Source: Candidatus Omnitrophota bacterium
GTDB lineage: Bacteria > Omnitrophota > Omnitrophia > Omnitrophales > Aquincolibacteriaceae
Assembly (NCBI GenBank): GCA_022709525.1
Contig: JAKLIQ010000001.1
Span: 338,679-402,678, forward strand
Length of the DNA: 64,000 nt
Reading direction: 5' to 3'
Below are positions 36,466-44,628 of this stretch, piece by piece; within the stretch, counting starts at the first letter, position 1; each line of letters opens with the position of its first letter. The notes under the pieces are model-generated. The model searched no databases. It worked only from the letters and a program-made list of their open reading frames with translations, and was not told where the DNA came from. The translations under genes and the position numbers were made by a program.

Positions 36466-37562
36466 CGGATGTTTTCCAGAAGATCCTTCAAAAACGCCTG
36501 GACGGCGGCCGTCTATCGCCCGAAGAAGGGCTGCAGCTTTACGCGTGCGATCTTATTTCATTGGGGAAAGCCGCGCAAAGATTAACACCGCGTCTTATCC
36601 CGAACGGCGTCACCTTCGTCGTGGACCGTAATATCAGCTACACAAATATTTGCACCGTCGGCTGCGATTTTTGCGCGTTCCACCGCCGGTCCGGGCATCC
36701 GGACGCTTTTGTCCTGACATTGGAGCAGATTCTCAAGAAAGTTGAGGAACTGGTCGCTCTTGGCGGGACTCAGATCCTTATCCAGGGGGGGATCCATCCG
36801 GATCTTCCATTGGATTATTATCTCGGCATGGTCCGGGCCATTCATGAAAAATACCCCCAGGTCCATATCCACTCCTTTTCAGCCGTCGAAATGGATGAAC
36901 TTTCCAAGAAAAGCAAAATGCCGCTTCCGGAACTTTTCAAGTTATTCAAAGAAGCAGGTCTTAATTCACTTCCGGGGGGCGGCGCGGAGATCCTTGCGGA
37001 GCGTGTTCGCAAAAAGATCAGCCCGAGGAAAATATCATCCGATCGTTGGCTTAAGATCATGCGGACGGCGCATGAGGCGGGTCTTAAGACCACCGCGACG
37101 ATGGTTTTTGGTCATATCGAAACTCTTGAAGAAAGGGTCTTGCACCTTGTCCGGTTAAGGGAGCTTCAGGATCAGACGCGCGGTTTCCGGTCGTTCATTC
37201 CGTGGAGTTTTGTACCTTATGGGACGCCGAAGATGGATCACATCAATTCGGCGGGCGGAGACGATTATCTTAGAACGGTCGCCATCTCGCGCCTTATGCT
37301 CGATAATTTCCAGCATATCCAAAGCGGTTGGCTGACGGAAGGACAAAGGATGGGGCAGATCGCGCTCGCGTTCGGCTGCGACGATATGGGCGGTACGCTG
37401 ATCGAAGATAAAGTCCTTGAGCCGACGGGGATCAAGGCGGATACGCGCCGCGAAGACCTTATCCGTCTCATCCGGGACGCCGGTTTTATCCCCGTTCAGC
37501 GGAATACAAATTATGAGATCGTAAAAGTCTTCGAAGAGGCCGGAAGCGCCTGCCATGGATAA
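36462..37562 (+). CDS. Radical SAM enzyme of the MqnC/MqnE family (futalosine pathway)
   Basis: CxxxCxxC cluster motif CTVGCDFCAF near the N-terminus. 366 aa. ATGA overlap with mqnA. Cannot be assigned to MqnC or MqnE from sequence alone. Confidence 0.7.
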   Translation: MTDVFQKILQKRLDGGRLSPEEGLQLYACDLISLGKAAQRLTPRLIPNGVTFVVDRNISYTNICTVGCDFCAFHRRSGHPDAFVLTLEQILKKVEELVALGGTQILIQGGIHPDLPLDYYLGMVRAIHEKYPQVHIHSFSAVEMDELSKKSKMPLPELFKLFKEAGLNSLPGGGAEILAERVRKKISPRKISSDRWLKIMRTAHEAGLKTTATMVFGHIETLEERVLHLVRLRELQDQTRGFRSFIPWSFVPYGTPKMDHINSAGGDDYLRTVAISRLMLDNFQHIQSGWLTEGQRMGQIALAFGCDDMGGTLIEDKVLEPTGIKADTRREDLIRLIRDAGFIPVQRNTNYEIVKVFEEAGSACHG

Positions 37563-38241
37563 AGAGAGCATTCGCAAGATCTTCGATTCGATCAGCGGCC
37601 GGTATGATCTTTTAAATCAGATCCTTAGTTTCGGCATGTCGGAATCCTGGCGCCGCCGGTCAACGGAGGTCATTTTAGGCGATAAAGATTTCTTACCGAA
37701 ATCCATTCTGGATATCGGTTGCGGTACCGGGAAATTTTTAGAATGCTTTCTGCAAAGAAGGTCCTGGGAGCGCGCTGCCGGGATCGATTTTTCTCAGGCC
37801 ATGCTAGAAAAAGCCCGCCGCACCGTTCGGGGGAACGTTGTTTGGCTTCAAGAGGATTTTGAAAACATGCCGTTCCTGGATTCGAGTTTCGATCTTGTGA
37901 TCTCGGGATTTACGCTGCGAAGCGTCCGAAAATTTCCTGAATTCTTAAGCCGCGTTCATCATGTCCTGAATCCCGGCGGAAAAGCCGCATTCCTTGATCT
38001 CACACGGCCCCGGAGTTTATGGGCGCGGATATTATTCTTTCCGTATTTAAAATTCATTCTTCCGCTTCTCGGATGGGTTATTTCGGGGAACCGCAAGGCT
38101 TATGATTTTCTTTCCGGTTCGGTCCGAAGTTTCCAGGAACCGGAGGAAACCATTCGATTGATGCAATCCTTTGGATTTCGCGACTGTACGACGAAAAGCT
38201 TTGCTTTTGGCGCGGCTACGCTTATCATAGGCAGGAAATAA
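37555..38241 (+). CDS. ubiE: Demethylmenaquinone/ubiquinone C-methyltransferase (UbiE/MenG family)
   Basis: N-terminal IFDSISGRYDLLNQILSFG and SAM motif ILDIGCGTGKF. 228 aa. Confidence 0.8.
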   Translation: MDKESIRKIFDSISGRYDLLNQILSFGMSESWRRRSTEVILGDKDFLPKSILDIGCGTGKFLECFLQRRSWERAAGIDFSQAMLEKARRTVRGNVVWLQEDFENMPFLDSSFDLVISGFTLRSVRKFPEFLSRVHHVLNPGGKAAFLDLTRPRSLWARILFFPYLKFILPLLGWVISGNRKAYDFLSGSVRSFQEPEETIRLMQSFGFRDCTTKSFAFGAATLIIGRK

Positions 38242-38247
38242 ATCCCT

Positions 38248-38706
38248 ATGACGACCCCTGAAGAAAAAATCGCACAATTAGGGCTTTTGTTGCCGCCGAC
38301 GCCGAAACCCGCGGGGCTTTATCAGCCCTTTGTCGTTTCGGGGAAACTCGCTTTTTTAAGCGGCCAGATCTCGAAAGATGCGGAAGGAAAAGTTTTGGCG
38401 GGAAAGGTCGGGAAGGACCTTTCGTTCGAGCAAGGCCGGGCGGCGGCGCGTCTCGCGGCGCTTAATATTTTGAGCATCATGAAGCATTTGATCGGTTTTG
38501 AAAAGATCAACCGCATCGTTAAGATGACGGGTTTTGTCCAAACCGCTCCGGATTTTTATGAGATCCCCGCAGTAGTGAACGGCGCTTCCGAAATCCTGGG
38601 AGAAGTCCTGGGGGAGCGCGGTACGCATGCCCGTTCCGCTGTGGGAATGAGCAGTTTGCCGCTTAATGCCGCCGTCGAGATCGAAATCATCCTCGAATTA
38701 AAATAA
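38248..38706 (+). CDS. ridA: RidA/YjgF-family protein
   Basis: 152 aa with the YjgF/UK114 pattern (...SGQISKDAEGKV...TGFVQTAPDF...ARSAVGMSSLPLNAAVEIE). Confidence 0.7.
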   Translation: MTTPEEKIAQLGLLLPPTPKPAGLYQPFVVSGKLAFLSGQISKDAEGKVLAGKVGKDLSFEQGRAAARLAALNILSIMKHLIGFEKINRIVKMTGFVQTAPDFYEIPAVVNGASEILGEVLGERGTHARSAVGMSSLPLNAAVEIEIILELK

Positions 38707-38724
38707 CGGAAAGTTCCCAAAGGT

Positions 38725-39603
38725 ATGAAAAATTTCCTGAAATTCGTTTGTGTTTTCGGAGGGATTCTTCTTTTGAGCGCTTTTTTGGCGCCGATCCTCT
38801 ACGATTTTTTTGAAACGTTCCATCATTATAAATTCGAGCGTATTTTTAACCGTCTGGTCATGATCGGCGCGATCGCCGCAGCCGTATTTTTTGTCCGCAT
38901 CAAAAAAGAATCGCTCGTTAAATTCGGTCTGATCTGGGGGTCTTCCAGTTTCAGGCTTTTGATCCTTGGTTTTTTGACGGGGATCGGGATGTTGGGCATA
39001 GTCGCAACCATCGAGGTTCTTTCCGGCCGAGCGGCATTCAGCGTCCAGGACATGAATTGGGCGCAATGGACGGGGAAGATCGCAGCGGCCTTAGGCACCG
39101 GTCTTCTGATAGGGGTTATGGAAGAATTTTTCTTCCGGGGTTTTGTGTTTAGGTCCCTCCAGGGTTTGTTTAAGAATAAAATCCTCTTGGCTGTTCTTGT
39201 GGCGACCGTTTTTTATTCAAGCGTTCATTTTGTCGGCATGAAAAAGATCTTTGTCGGCTCGGATCCGAACTTTATTGACGGGCTCCGGTTGATCGGGGCG
39301 CCTTTTGTTTCGCTTGCGGCATGGCCGAAATTCTGGCCTCAAGCCGTCGGGCTTTTCTTTTTCGGGCTCGCCTTGAACGGAGCGGTTTGCCGGAGCGGTT
39401 CGCTTTATCCCGCGATCGGCCTGCATGCGGGATGCGTCTTTTTTATCCGCCTCGACGATCTTTTTATGGAATTCCAGGGAGGCAAATCGCTTTTTTGGGG
39501 ATCCAAGATCCTTTATGACGGAGTCGCTGGATGGTTTATTCTCATCCTTGCGGGATTATTTTTATGGTTTATCTTGAAACCAGCCGCGGCGAATCGTCCG
39601 TAA
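38725..39603 (+). CDS. CPBP-family intramembrane metalloprotease (CAAX protease-like)
   Basis: Multi-helix membrane protein carrying the CPBP motif EEFFFRGFVFRSL and downstream conserved His residues (SVHFVGM; GLHAGC). Confidence 0.7.
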   Translation: MKNFLKFVCVFGGILLLSAFLAPILYDFFETFHHYKFERIFNRLVMIGAIAAAVFFVRIKKESLVKFGLIWGSSSFRLLILGFLTGIGMLGIVATIEVLSGRAAFSVQDMNWAQWTGKIAAALGTGLLIGVMEEFFFRGFVFRSLQGLFKNKILLAVLVATVFYSSVHFVGMKKIFVGSDPNFIDGLRLIGAPFVSLAAWPKFWPQAVGLFFFGLALNGAVCRSGSLYPAIGLHAGCVFFIRLDDLFMEFQGGKSLFWGSKILYDGVAGWFILILAGLFLWFILKPAAANRP

Positions 39604-39616
39604 CAGGCATGATCTC

Positions 39617-40639
39617 ATGACGACATTCAACAAAATCACCCGGGAGAAGGTCCTTGATTGTCTCAAACAGATCCGGGAACCCTTGGTAGGCGAGGATATT
39701 GTTTCGCTCGGGCTCGTGCGCGAGATCGAGGTCGACAAAAACCGCGTGTTCCTTCATCTGGAATCTTCGGTCGAGGACCCGCGTCTTCGGGACCAATTCC
39801 GGGAAACGATCATCCAATCGGTGTTGGCGATCGGCGCTTCGGGCTGCGACGTGCATTTTTCGGAAAAACCGAAATGTGGCGTGAACCCTTCGGCGATCCA
39901 GCCGATCCCCGGCGTCAAGCATGTGGTCGCCGTCGCAAGCGGCAAAGGCGGAGTGGGAAAATCCACCGTGGCCGTAAATTTGGCGCTGGCTCTTAAAAAG
40001 CTTGGCGCCCGCGTGGGCCTGATGGATGCTGATATCTACGGCCCCAACATTCCCATCATGCTCGGGATCCCGGCGGATAAAAAGCCGGAAACCGCCGGCC
40101 AGAGCGAGAAGATCGCTCCGATCGACGCGCATGGTATTCGGGCGATCTCGATCGGTTTTTTTGCAGATCCCGAACAGCCCGTGATCTGGCGCGGCCCGCT
40201 CCTTCATAAAACTATCGAACAATTTTTGCATCGCGTGGAGTGGGGCGAACTTGATTTTCTTGTCGTAGATTTGCCCCCCGGCACGGGTGATGTGCAGCTT
40301 TCCTTATCGCAGTGGGTGCATTTATCAGGCGCGGTCGTGGTGACCACCCCGCAGGAAGTGGCGCTTGGCGATGTGCGTAAAGCCGTGAACATGTTCCGGC
40401 AGCTGGAAGTCACTGTTCTCGGCGTGATCGAGAACATGACAGGCCCTGTTTTTGGAAAAGGCGGGGGAGAAAAAATGGCCGAAGTTTTTCAAGTCCCGTT
40501 CTTGGGGGATATTCCTCTTGAGGCGCAGATCCGGGAGTGCGGGGATTCAGGGCTCCCGGTCGTCATGGGATACCCTAAAAGCACGATCAGCGAACGGTTC
40601 ATGAAGATCGCGGAAGCGATCCGCCGCGCGCTCAAATAA
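39617..40639 (+). CDS. mrp: Fe-S cluster carrier ATPase Mrp/ApbC/NBP35 with an N-terminal MIP18/DUF59 domain
   Basis: Deviant Walker A VVAVASGKGGVGKSTVAVNLA. 340 aa. Confidence 0.85.
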   Translation: MTTFNKITREKVLDCLKQIREPLVGEDIVSLGLVREIEVDKNRVFLHLESSVEDPRLRDQFRETIIQSVLAIGASGCDVHFSEKPKCGVNPSAIQPIPGVKHVVAVASGKGGVGKSTVAVNLALALKKLGARVGLMDADIYGPNIPIMLGIPADKKPETAGQSEKIAPIDAHGIRAISIGFFADPEQPVIWRGPLLHKTIEQFLHRVEWGELDFLVVDLPPGTGDVQLSLSQWVHLSGAVVVTTPQEVALGDVRKAVNMFRQLEVTVLGVIENMTGPVFGKGGGEKMAEVFQVPFLGDIPLEAQIRECGDSGLPVVMGYPKSTISERFMKIAEAIRRALK

Positions 40640-40658
40640 AGATTGAAGGAGAATAATT

Positions 40659-41249
40659 ATGGCAAGATCAAAAAAAACGCAGGATGAGGCGCGATTCCCG
40701 AAGTTAGTGACCGAAATGCTGGCTTTATTGGGAGAAAATCCCGGCCGCGAAGGCCTTCGACGCACGCCCGAACGCGTTGTGACGTCCCTGAAGTATCTAA
40801 CCCAGGGCTATAAGCTCGATCCGAAAGAGATCCTTAAAAACGCCGTCTTCAAAGAGCCTTATGATGAAATGGTGATCGTGAAGGATATTGAGCTTTTTTC
40901 GCTTTGCGAGCACCATCTTCTGCCCTTCTACGGCAAAGCCCATATCGCCTATATCCCGAACGGCAAGATCATCGGTCTTTCCAAGATCCCGCGCGTTGTC
41001 GAGGTTTTTTCAAGACGCCTCCAGGTCCAGGAACGGCTTACGACCCAGATCGCGGAGTGCCTGATGAACGCCCTCAATCCCAAAGGCGTTGCCGTGGTAA
41101 TCGAAGCGCTCCATCTCTGCATGTCCATGCGCGGCGTCAGGAAAGCCGATTCCTACACGATCACAAGTTCCATGCTCGGAGCTTTCCGCAAGGACGCGCG
41201 CTCCCGCAGTGAATTTCTGAGCTTGATCCGGCTAAAAAGGGAAGAGTAA
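40659..41249 (+). CDS. folE: GTP cyclohydrolase I
   Basis: [21 protein letters not shown]...[24 protein letters not shown]. Confidence 0.9.
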   Translation: MARSKKTQDEARFPKLVTEMLALLGENPGREGLRRTPERVVTSLKYLTQGYKLDPKEILKNAVFKEPYDEMVIVKDIELFSLCEHHLLPFYGKAHIAYIPNGKIIGLSKIPRVVEVFSRRLQVQERLTTQIAECLMNALNPKGVAVVIEALHLCMSMRGVRKADSYTITSSMLGAFRKDARSRSEFLSLIRLKREE

Positions 41250-41280
41250 TAAAAATTCCTAAAGTAAAGGATCGCGGGAT

Positions 41281-42339
41281 TTATTTGGGGGAAGGTATTC
41301 CGAGCTTCTTTTCCAGTTCCGCGACCTTTTTCCTGAGTACGCGGACATCATCCAAAGTTTCCGCGGCGCGAAGCTGGGCGCCGAACTGTTTTCTCATTTC
41401 CTGATACGGCCGGGCGGGCTGGCCGAAATAGATCTGTTTGCCAGGAACTTTCTTATTGGAAGGGAACCCCGCGCCGGCGCCGATCATCGCCCAATCGCCG
41501 ATCTCCACATGGTCGCCTAAACCGACGCTTCCGCCCATCGTGACATGAGAACCGATCTTACAGCTTCCGGAGATACCGGTTTGCGCGGAGATGACCGTGT
41601 GCGGCCCGATCACGACGTTGTGGGCGATCTGGACAAGATTATCGATCTTGCAGCCTTTGCCGATCCGCGTGGAGCCGATCGCCGCACGGTCGATCGTCGA
41701 ACAGGCGCCGATCTCCACATCATCTTCGATCACGACATTCCCGATCTGCGGCAGTTTCTCATGGGCTGCGGGTGTCGCGACATAGCCGAAGCCGTCCGCC
41801 CCGATCACGGTCCCCGCATGGACGACTACATTGGTTCCAAGTTCGGAGTTCTCGTAGATCGTTACGTTCGGGTGGATCACGCAATGGGAGCCGATTTTCA
41901 CGTTTTCTCCTACGAACGCGTGCGCGCGAAGAACCGATCGGTCACCGATCACGGCATGATCACAAACCGTCACGAAAGATTCGATCGTCACGTCCTTTCC
42001 GATCTTGGCCGTTTTAGCGATCGAAGCATTTGAGGCGATCGTGCCAGGGAATTTCTTGGCGGGGAAGAGCTCGCGGAGGATCTGCGCCCAAGCCCGTTTG
42101 GGATATTCGACCTGGATCAGGACCTTGGAGGATTGTTTGATTTGTTTTGGGACGATGATACAGGCGATCTCGGAAGTTTCAAGCGACCGGAAACCTTTTT
42201 CGTCCTGAACAAAAGAAATATGGCCCTTCAGCGGATTTTCAAAATTTGTGATCCCTTCGATCACAGTCGAAGCATCGCCTACCACCGTACCGCCGATCAT
42301 TTTTGCGAACTCTTCAACGGTTTTACGCATAGGGATCAT
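41281..42339 (-). CDS. lpxD: UDP-3-O-(3-hydroxyacyl)glucosamine N-acyltransferase
   Basis: N-terminal LpxD domain ([22 protein letters not shown]...) followed by extended hexapeptide repeats. 352 aa. Confidence 0.85.
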   Translation of the reverse strand: MIPMRKTVEEFAKMIGGTVVGDASTVIEGITNFENPLKGHISFVQDEKGFRSLETSEIACIIVPKQIKQSSKVLIQVEYPKRAWAQILRELFPAKKFPGTIASNASIAKTAKIGKDVTIESFVTVCDHAVIGDRSVLRAHAFVGENVKIGSHCVIHPNVTIYENSELGTNVVVHAGTVIGADGFGYVATPAAHEKLPQIGNVVIEDDVEIGACSTIDRAAIGSTRIGKGCKIDNLVQIAHNVVIGPHTVISAQTGISGSCKIGSHVTMGGSVGLGDHVEIGDWAMIGAGAGFPSNKKVPGKQIYFGQPARPYQEMRKQFGAQLRAAETLDDVRVLRKKVAELEKKLGIPSPK

Positions 42340-43037
42340 TTCTCGGCCGGGGTCTTTTCAGATGTGGCGGGAGCGGGCTCAGGCGCTGGCGCCTCTTCTT
42401 CGAGCCCTTCCGTGGTTTCCTCCGCCGGTTTTGGCAGGGCGAGGTAGTCTTTCAGGTTGGCCCGTTTATTGACGTCGGCGGTCCAGACCATGAAATCCGT
42501 TTTTTGCTTTTCGATGATCTTTTCTTTTTCTTTCGGGTCCGTGACCTTATCAGCGTCGACCGGAGTAAAGCTCGCGATCTTGACGCGCAAAAGTTTTTGA
42601 ATGCGCATGAACTCCCGGAGCCCTTCCTCAAAATCGCGCGGCGACATATGGAGCGCGCGGGTCAGCCAGATCTTGTATTGTTCCTGCGTCGGATTCACAA
42701 GCCCCTGTTGCTTGAGGAGGTTCGCGATCTCATTACGGACGTCCTCATCCGAGATCTTGACGCCCTCGCGCTTCGCTTCACGGGCGTAGATAATATTCTG
42801 CCAGGTATAGCTGCGGAGCGCTTCCGGGTCTTCCAGAGGTTTTTCCGTCGGCATGAAAAGCTGGGTCGCGCTATAGAATTGATTGTATTCCTGAAAAGAA
42901 ACGGTCTTACCGAATATTTCGCCCGCAAAACGCCCTTCTTTCTTGAGAGCGCTTACGGAGTAGCCGCCCCAGAGAATAAAAGAACCGACCACGACCCAGA
43001 TGATAAGTTTGGTGTATTTTCGCAAGAACTTCAACAT
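42336..43037 (-). CDS. Membrane-anchored periplasmic chaperone-like protein (SurA-N / PpiD-N-like, no PPIase domain), upstream of lpxD
   Basis: N-terminal transmembrane anchor [16 protein letters not shown], then a helical domain, then an acidic Pro/Ala/Glu-rich tail. Its position where skp/ompH usually precedes lpxD suggests a chaperone role. Confidence 0.4.
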   Translation of the reverse strand: MLKFLRKYTKLIIWVVVGSFILWGGYSVSALKKEGRFAGEIFGKTVSFQEYNQFYSATQLFMPTEKPLEDPEALRSYTWQNIIYAREAKREGVKISDEDVRNEIANLLKQQGLVNPTQEQYKIWLTRALHMSPRDFEEGLREFMRIQKLLRVKIASFTPVDADKVTDPKEKEKIIEKQKTDFMVWTADVNKRANLKDYLALPKPAEETTEGLEEEAPAPEPAPATSEKTPAEK

Positions 43038-43092
43038 AGGACGGATAATGTAACATAGCGTCTTTAAAATAACAATCGAAGAAGCTGTGCGG

Positions 43093-43121
43093 TTGACAAG
43101 GATAGAAGGCTTTTGTATGAT
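43093..43121 (+). promoter_or_regulatory. Near-consensus sigma70 promoter TTGACA-N17-TATGAT
   Basis: ttgaca at 43093-43098, 17-nt spacer aggatagaaggcttttg, tatgat at 43116-43121. Confidence 0.5.
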
Positions 43122-43128
43122 ACCGCAA

Positions 43129-43214
43129 ATGGGACACGAAACAACCGCACTTCAACGCATTTTTAGGCACAAGAAAGCGCTTCAAGCGCCTGTTCTTGTG
43201 CCTTTTTTATTTTT
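43129..43214 (+). ncRNA. Candidate small transcript of about 85 nt defined by the upstream consensus promoter and an intrinsic terminator. Could be an sRNA or a 5' attenuator of the guaB3-like operon.
   Basis: Predicted TSS about 7 nt after the -10. GC-rich hairpin aggcacaagaaagcgc-ttcaa-gcgcctgttcttgtgcct (43166-43202) is followed by ttttttattttt. Confidence 0.35.
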
Positions 43215-43220
43215 AGTAAG

Positions 43221-43390
43221 GTCGTGACTTATGAAGCAAAGCGAATATAAGTCACATGACCGAACTAAACCCCGCACCCAGTTGCAGCCGGGTTATCTCC
43301 CGGAATATCTGGGTGCGGGGTTAAATTCCAGCCTATCATTTACGTCTCTTTGTTCCGTAAATGATGCTGTCATTTAAGGAGGAGACCGCC
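43221..43390 (+). promoter_or_regulatory. Structured leader upstream of the guaB3-like/guaA operon. Three hairpins, two of them mutually exclusive next to the RBS. Candidate riboswitch or attenuator.
   Basis: Hairpin 1: gtcgtgacttat ... ataagtcacatgac. Hairpin 2: 14-bp stem aaccccgcacccag / ctgggtgcggggtt enclosing ccggg-ttatct-cccgg. Helix 3: catttacg ... cgtaaatg, which competes with aaatga-tgctg-tcattt that abuts aaggagg. Confidence 0.4.
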
Positions 43391-44551
43391 ATGTCGGTTT
43401 TTATCGGAAAAGATCGTAAAGCACGCAGGGCTTATGGTTTTGATGAGATCGCATTAGTGCCGGGGGATATCACCATCAATCCCGAAGAGGTTGATATTAA
43501 AATGCCTTTGGGGGATATGACGCTCCCGATCCCGTTCCTGGCTTCGGCGATGGACGGTGTCGTGGATCCCAAGTTCGCGATCGCGATGGGGAAGCTGGGC
43601 GGTCTGGCCGTCCTGAACCTCGAGGGGATCTATACCCGCTACGATGATTATGAAACGATCCTTGAGGAGATCTCCAAGGCGACGCCGGAAAAGGCGACGC
43701 AGCTTGTCCAGAAGCTTTACGTCAAGCCCATCAATGAAAAACTGATCGCTAAACGCGTACGGGAGATCAAGAAAGCAAAAGTCCTTTGCGCCGTGAGCGC
43801 GATCCCGCAGCGCGCCGAACGATTCGGAAAGATCGTCGAAGAAGCGGGCGCGGATATCTTTGTGGTGCAATCCACCGTCACCACCGTGCGTCATATCGCA
43901 AAAGCCTACCAGGTCGTTGATTTCAAGAAACTCTGCAGGAAGATGAAGATCCCTGTGATCCTCGGCAATTGTGTGACTTATAAAGTCGCGCTCGAACTCG
44001 CTGAAACGGGTTGCGCGGGGCTTCTTGTCGGCATCGGACCAGGCTCCGCCTGCACGACACGCGGCGTGCTCGGGATCGGCGTTCCGCAGGTGACCGCGAT
44101 CGCGGATTGCGCCGCGGCGCGCGAGTTCTATTACAAAAAGACCGGTAAATATGTTTCTATCATTGCCGACGGCGGCATGTCCACGGGCGGGGATATCTGC
44201 AAATCCATCGCAAGCGGCGCGGACGGCGTCATGGTCGGTTCGGCGTTCGCCAGGACGAAAGAAGCCCCCGGCCGCGGATTCCATTGGGGGATGGCGACGC
44301 CGCACGCAAACTTGCCGCGCGGCACAAGAATTCACGTTGGAACCACCGGGACGCTGGAGGAGATCCTCTACGGGCCCGCGCGTCTTGACGACGGGACGCA
44401 GAACCTTGTCGGCGCGCTTCGTACTTCGATGGGAAATGTCGGTGCCAAGAATATCCGGGAGATGCAGCTGACCGAGATCGTGATCGCGCCGGCCATCAAG
44501 ACGGAAGGAAAACTCTTCCAATCCGCGCAAAAGCTCGGAATGTGTAAATAA
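43391..44551 (+). CDS. IMP dehydrogenase/GMP reductase-family protein lacking CBS domains (GuaB3-like)
   Basis: About 387 aa TIM-barrel, IMPDH-like (PIPFLASAMDGVVDPKFAIAMGKLGGLAVL...GIGPGSACTTRGVLGIGVPQVTAIADC...ADGGMSTGGDICKSIASGADGVMVGS), with no CBS pair. RBS aaggagga precedes the ATG at 43391. Genomic context with guaA. Confidence 0.75.
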   Translation: MSVFIGKDRKARRAYGFDEIALVPGDITINPEEVDIKMPLGDMTLPIPFLASAMDGVVDPKFAIAMGKLGGLAVLNLEGIYTRYDDYETILEEISKATPEKATQLVQKLYVKPINEKLIAKRVREIKKAKVLCAVSAIPQRAERFGKIVEEAGADIFVVQSTVTTVRHIAKAYQVVDFKKLCRKMKIPVILGNCVTYKVALELAETGCAGLLVGIGPGSACTTRGVLGIGVPQVTAIADCAAAREFYYKKTGKYVSIIADGGMSTGGDICKSIASGADGVMVGSAFARTKEAPGRGFHWGMATPHANLPRGTRIHVGTTGTLEEILYGPARLDDGTQNLVGALRTSMGNVGAKNIREMQLTEIVIAPAIKTEGKLFQSAQKLGMCK

Positions 44552-44556
44552 ACCGC

Positions 44557-44620
44557 GGGACTCGTTCCTCGGGACTCGTCTCTTGTTTTAACGAGTCCCC
44601 AGTCCCAAGTCCCCGTTTTT
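44557..44620. repeat. GGGACTCG/CGAGTCCC element, intergenic copy plus T-run after the guaB3-like gene
   Basis: GGGACTCGttcctcGGGACTCGtctcttgttttaaCGAGTCCCcAGTCCCaAGTCCCcgttttt. Confidence 0.75.
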
Positions 44621-44628
44621 GGAGTTTT

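Noticed and set aside
43131-43232. Leaderless micro-ORF MGHETTALQRIFRHKKALQAPVLVPFLFLVRS inside the candidate sRNA
   Set aside because: It has no Shine-Dalgarno sequence. It runs through the terminator hairpin and T-tract, and its composition simply mirrors the hairpin. It is mentioned only as a possibility under the sRNA finding.
43221-43390. Classical purine (guanine) riboswitch upstream of guaB3-like/guaA
   Set aside because: ccgtaaatga superficially resembles the P3/J3-1 CCGUAAAU segment. The conserved J1/2 UAUA, the P2 loop and the J2/3 GUUUCUACC elements are not present at the required spacing. The region is kept only as an unclassified structured leader.
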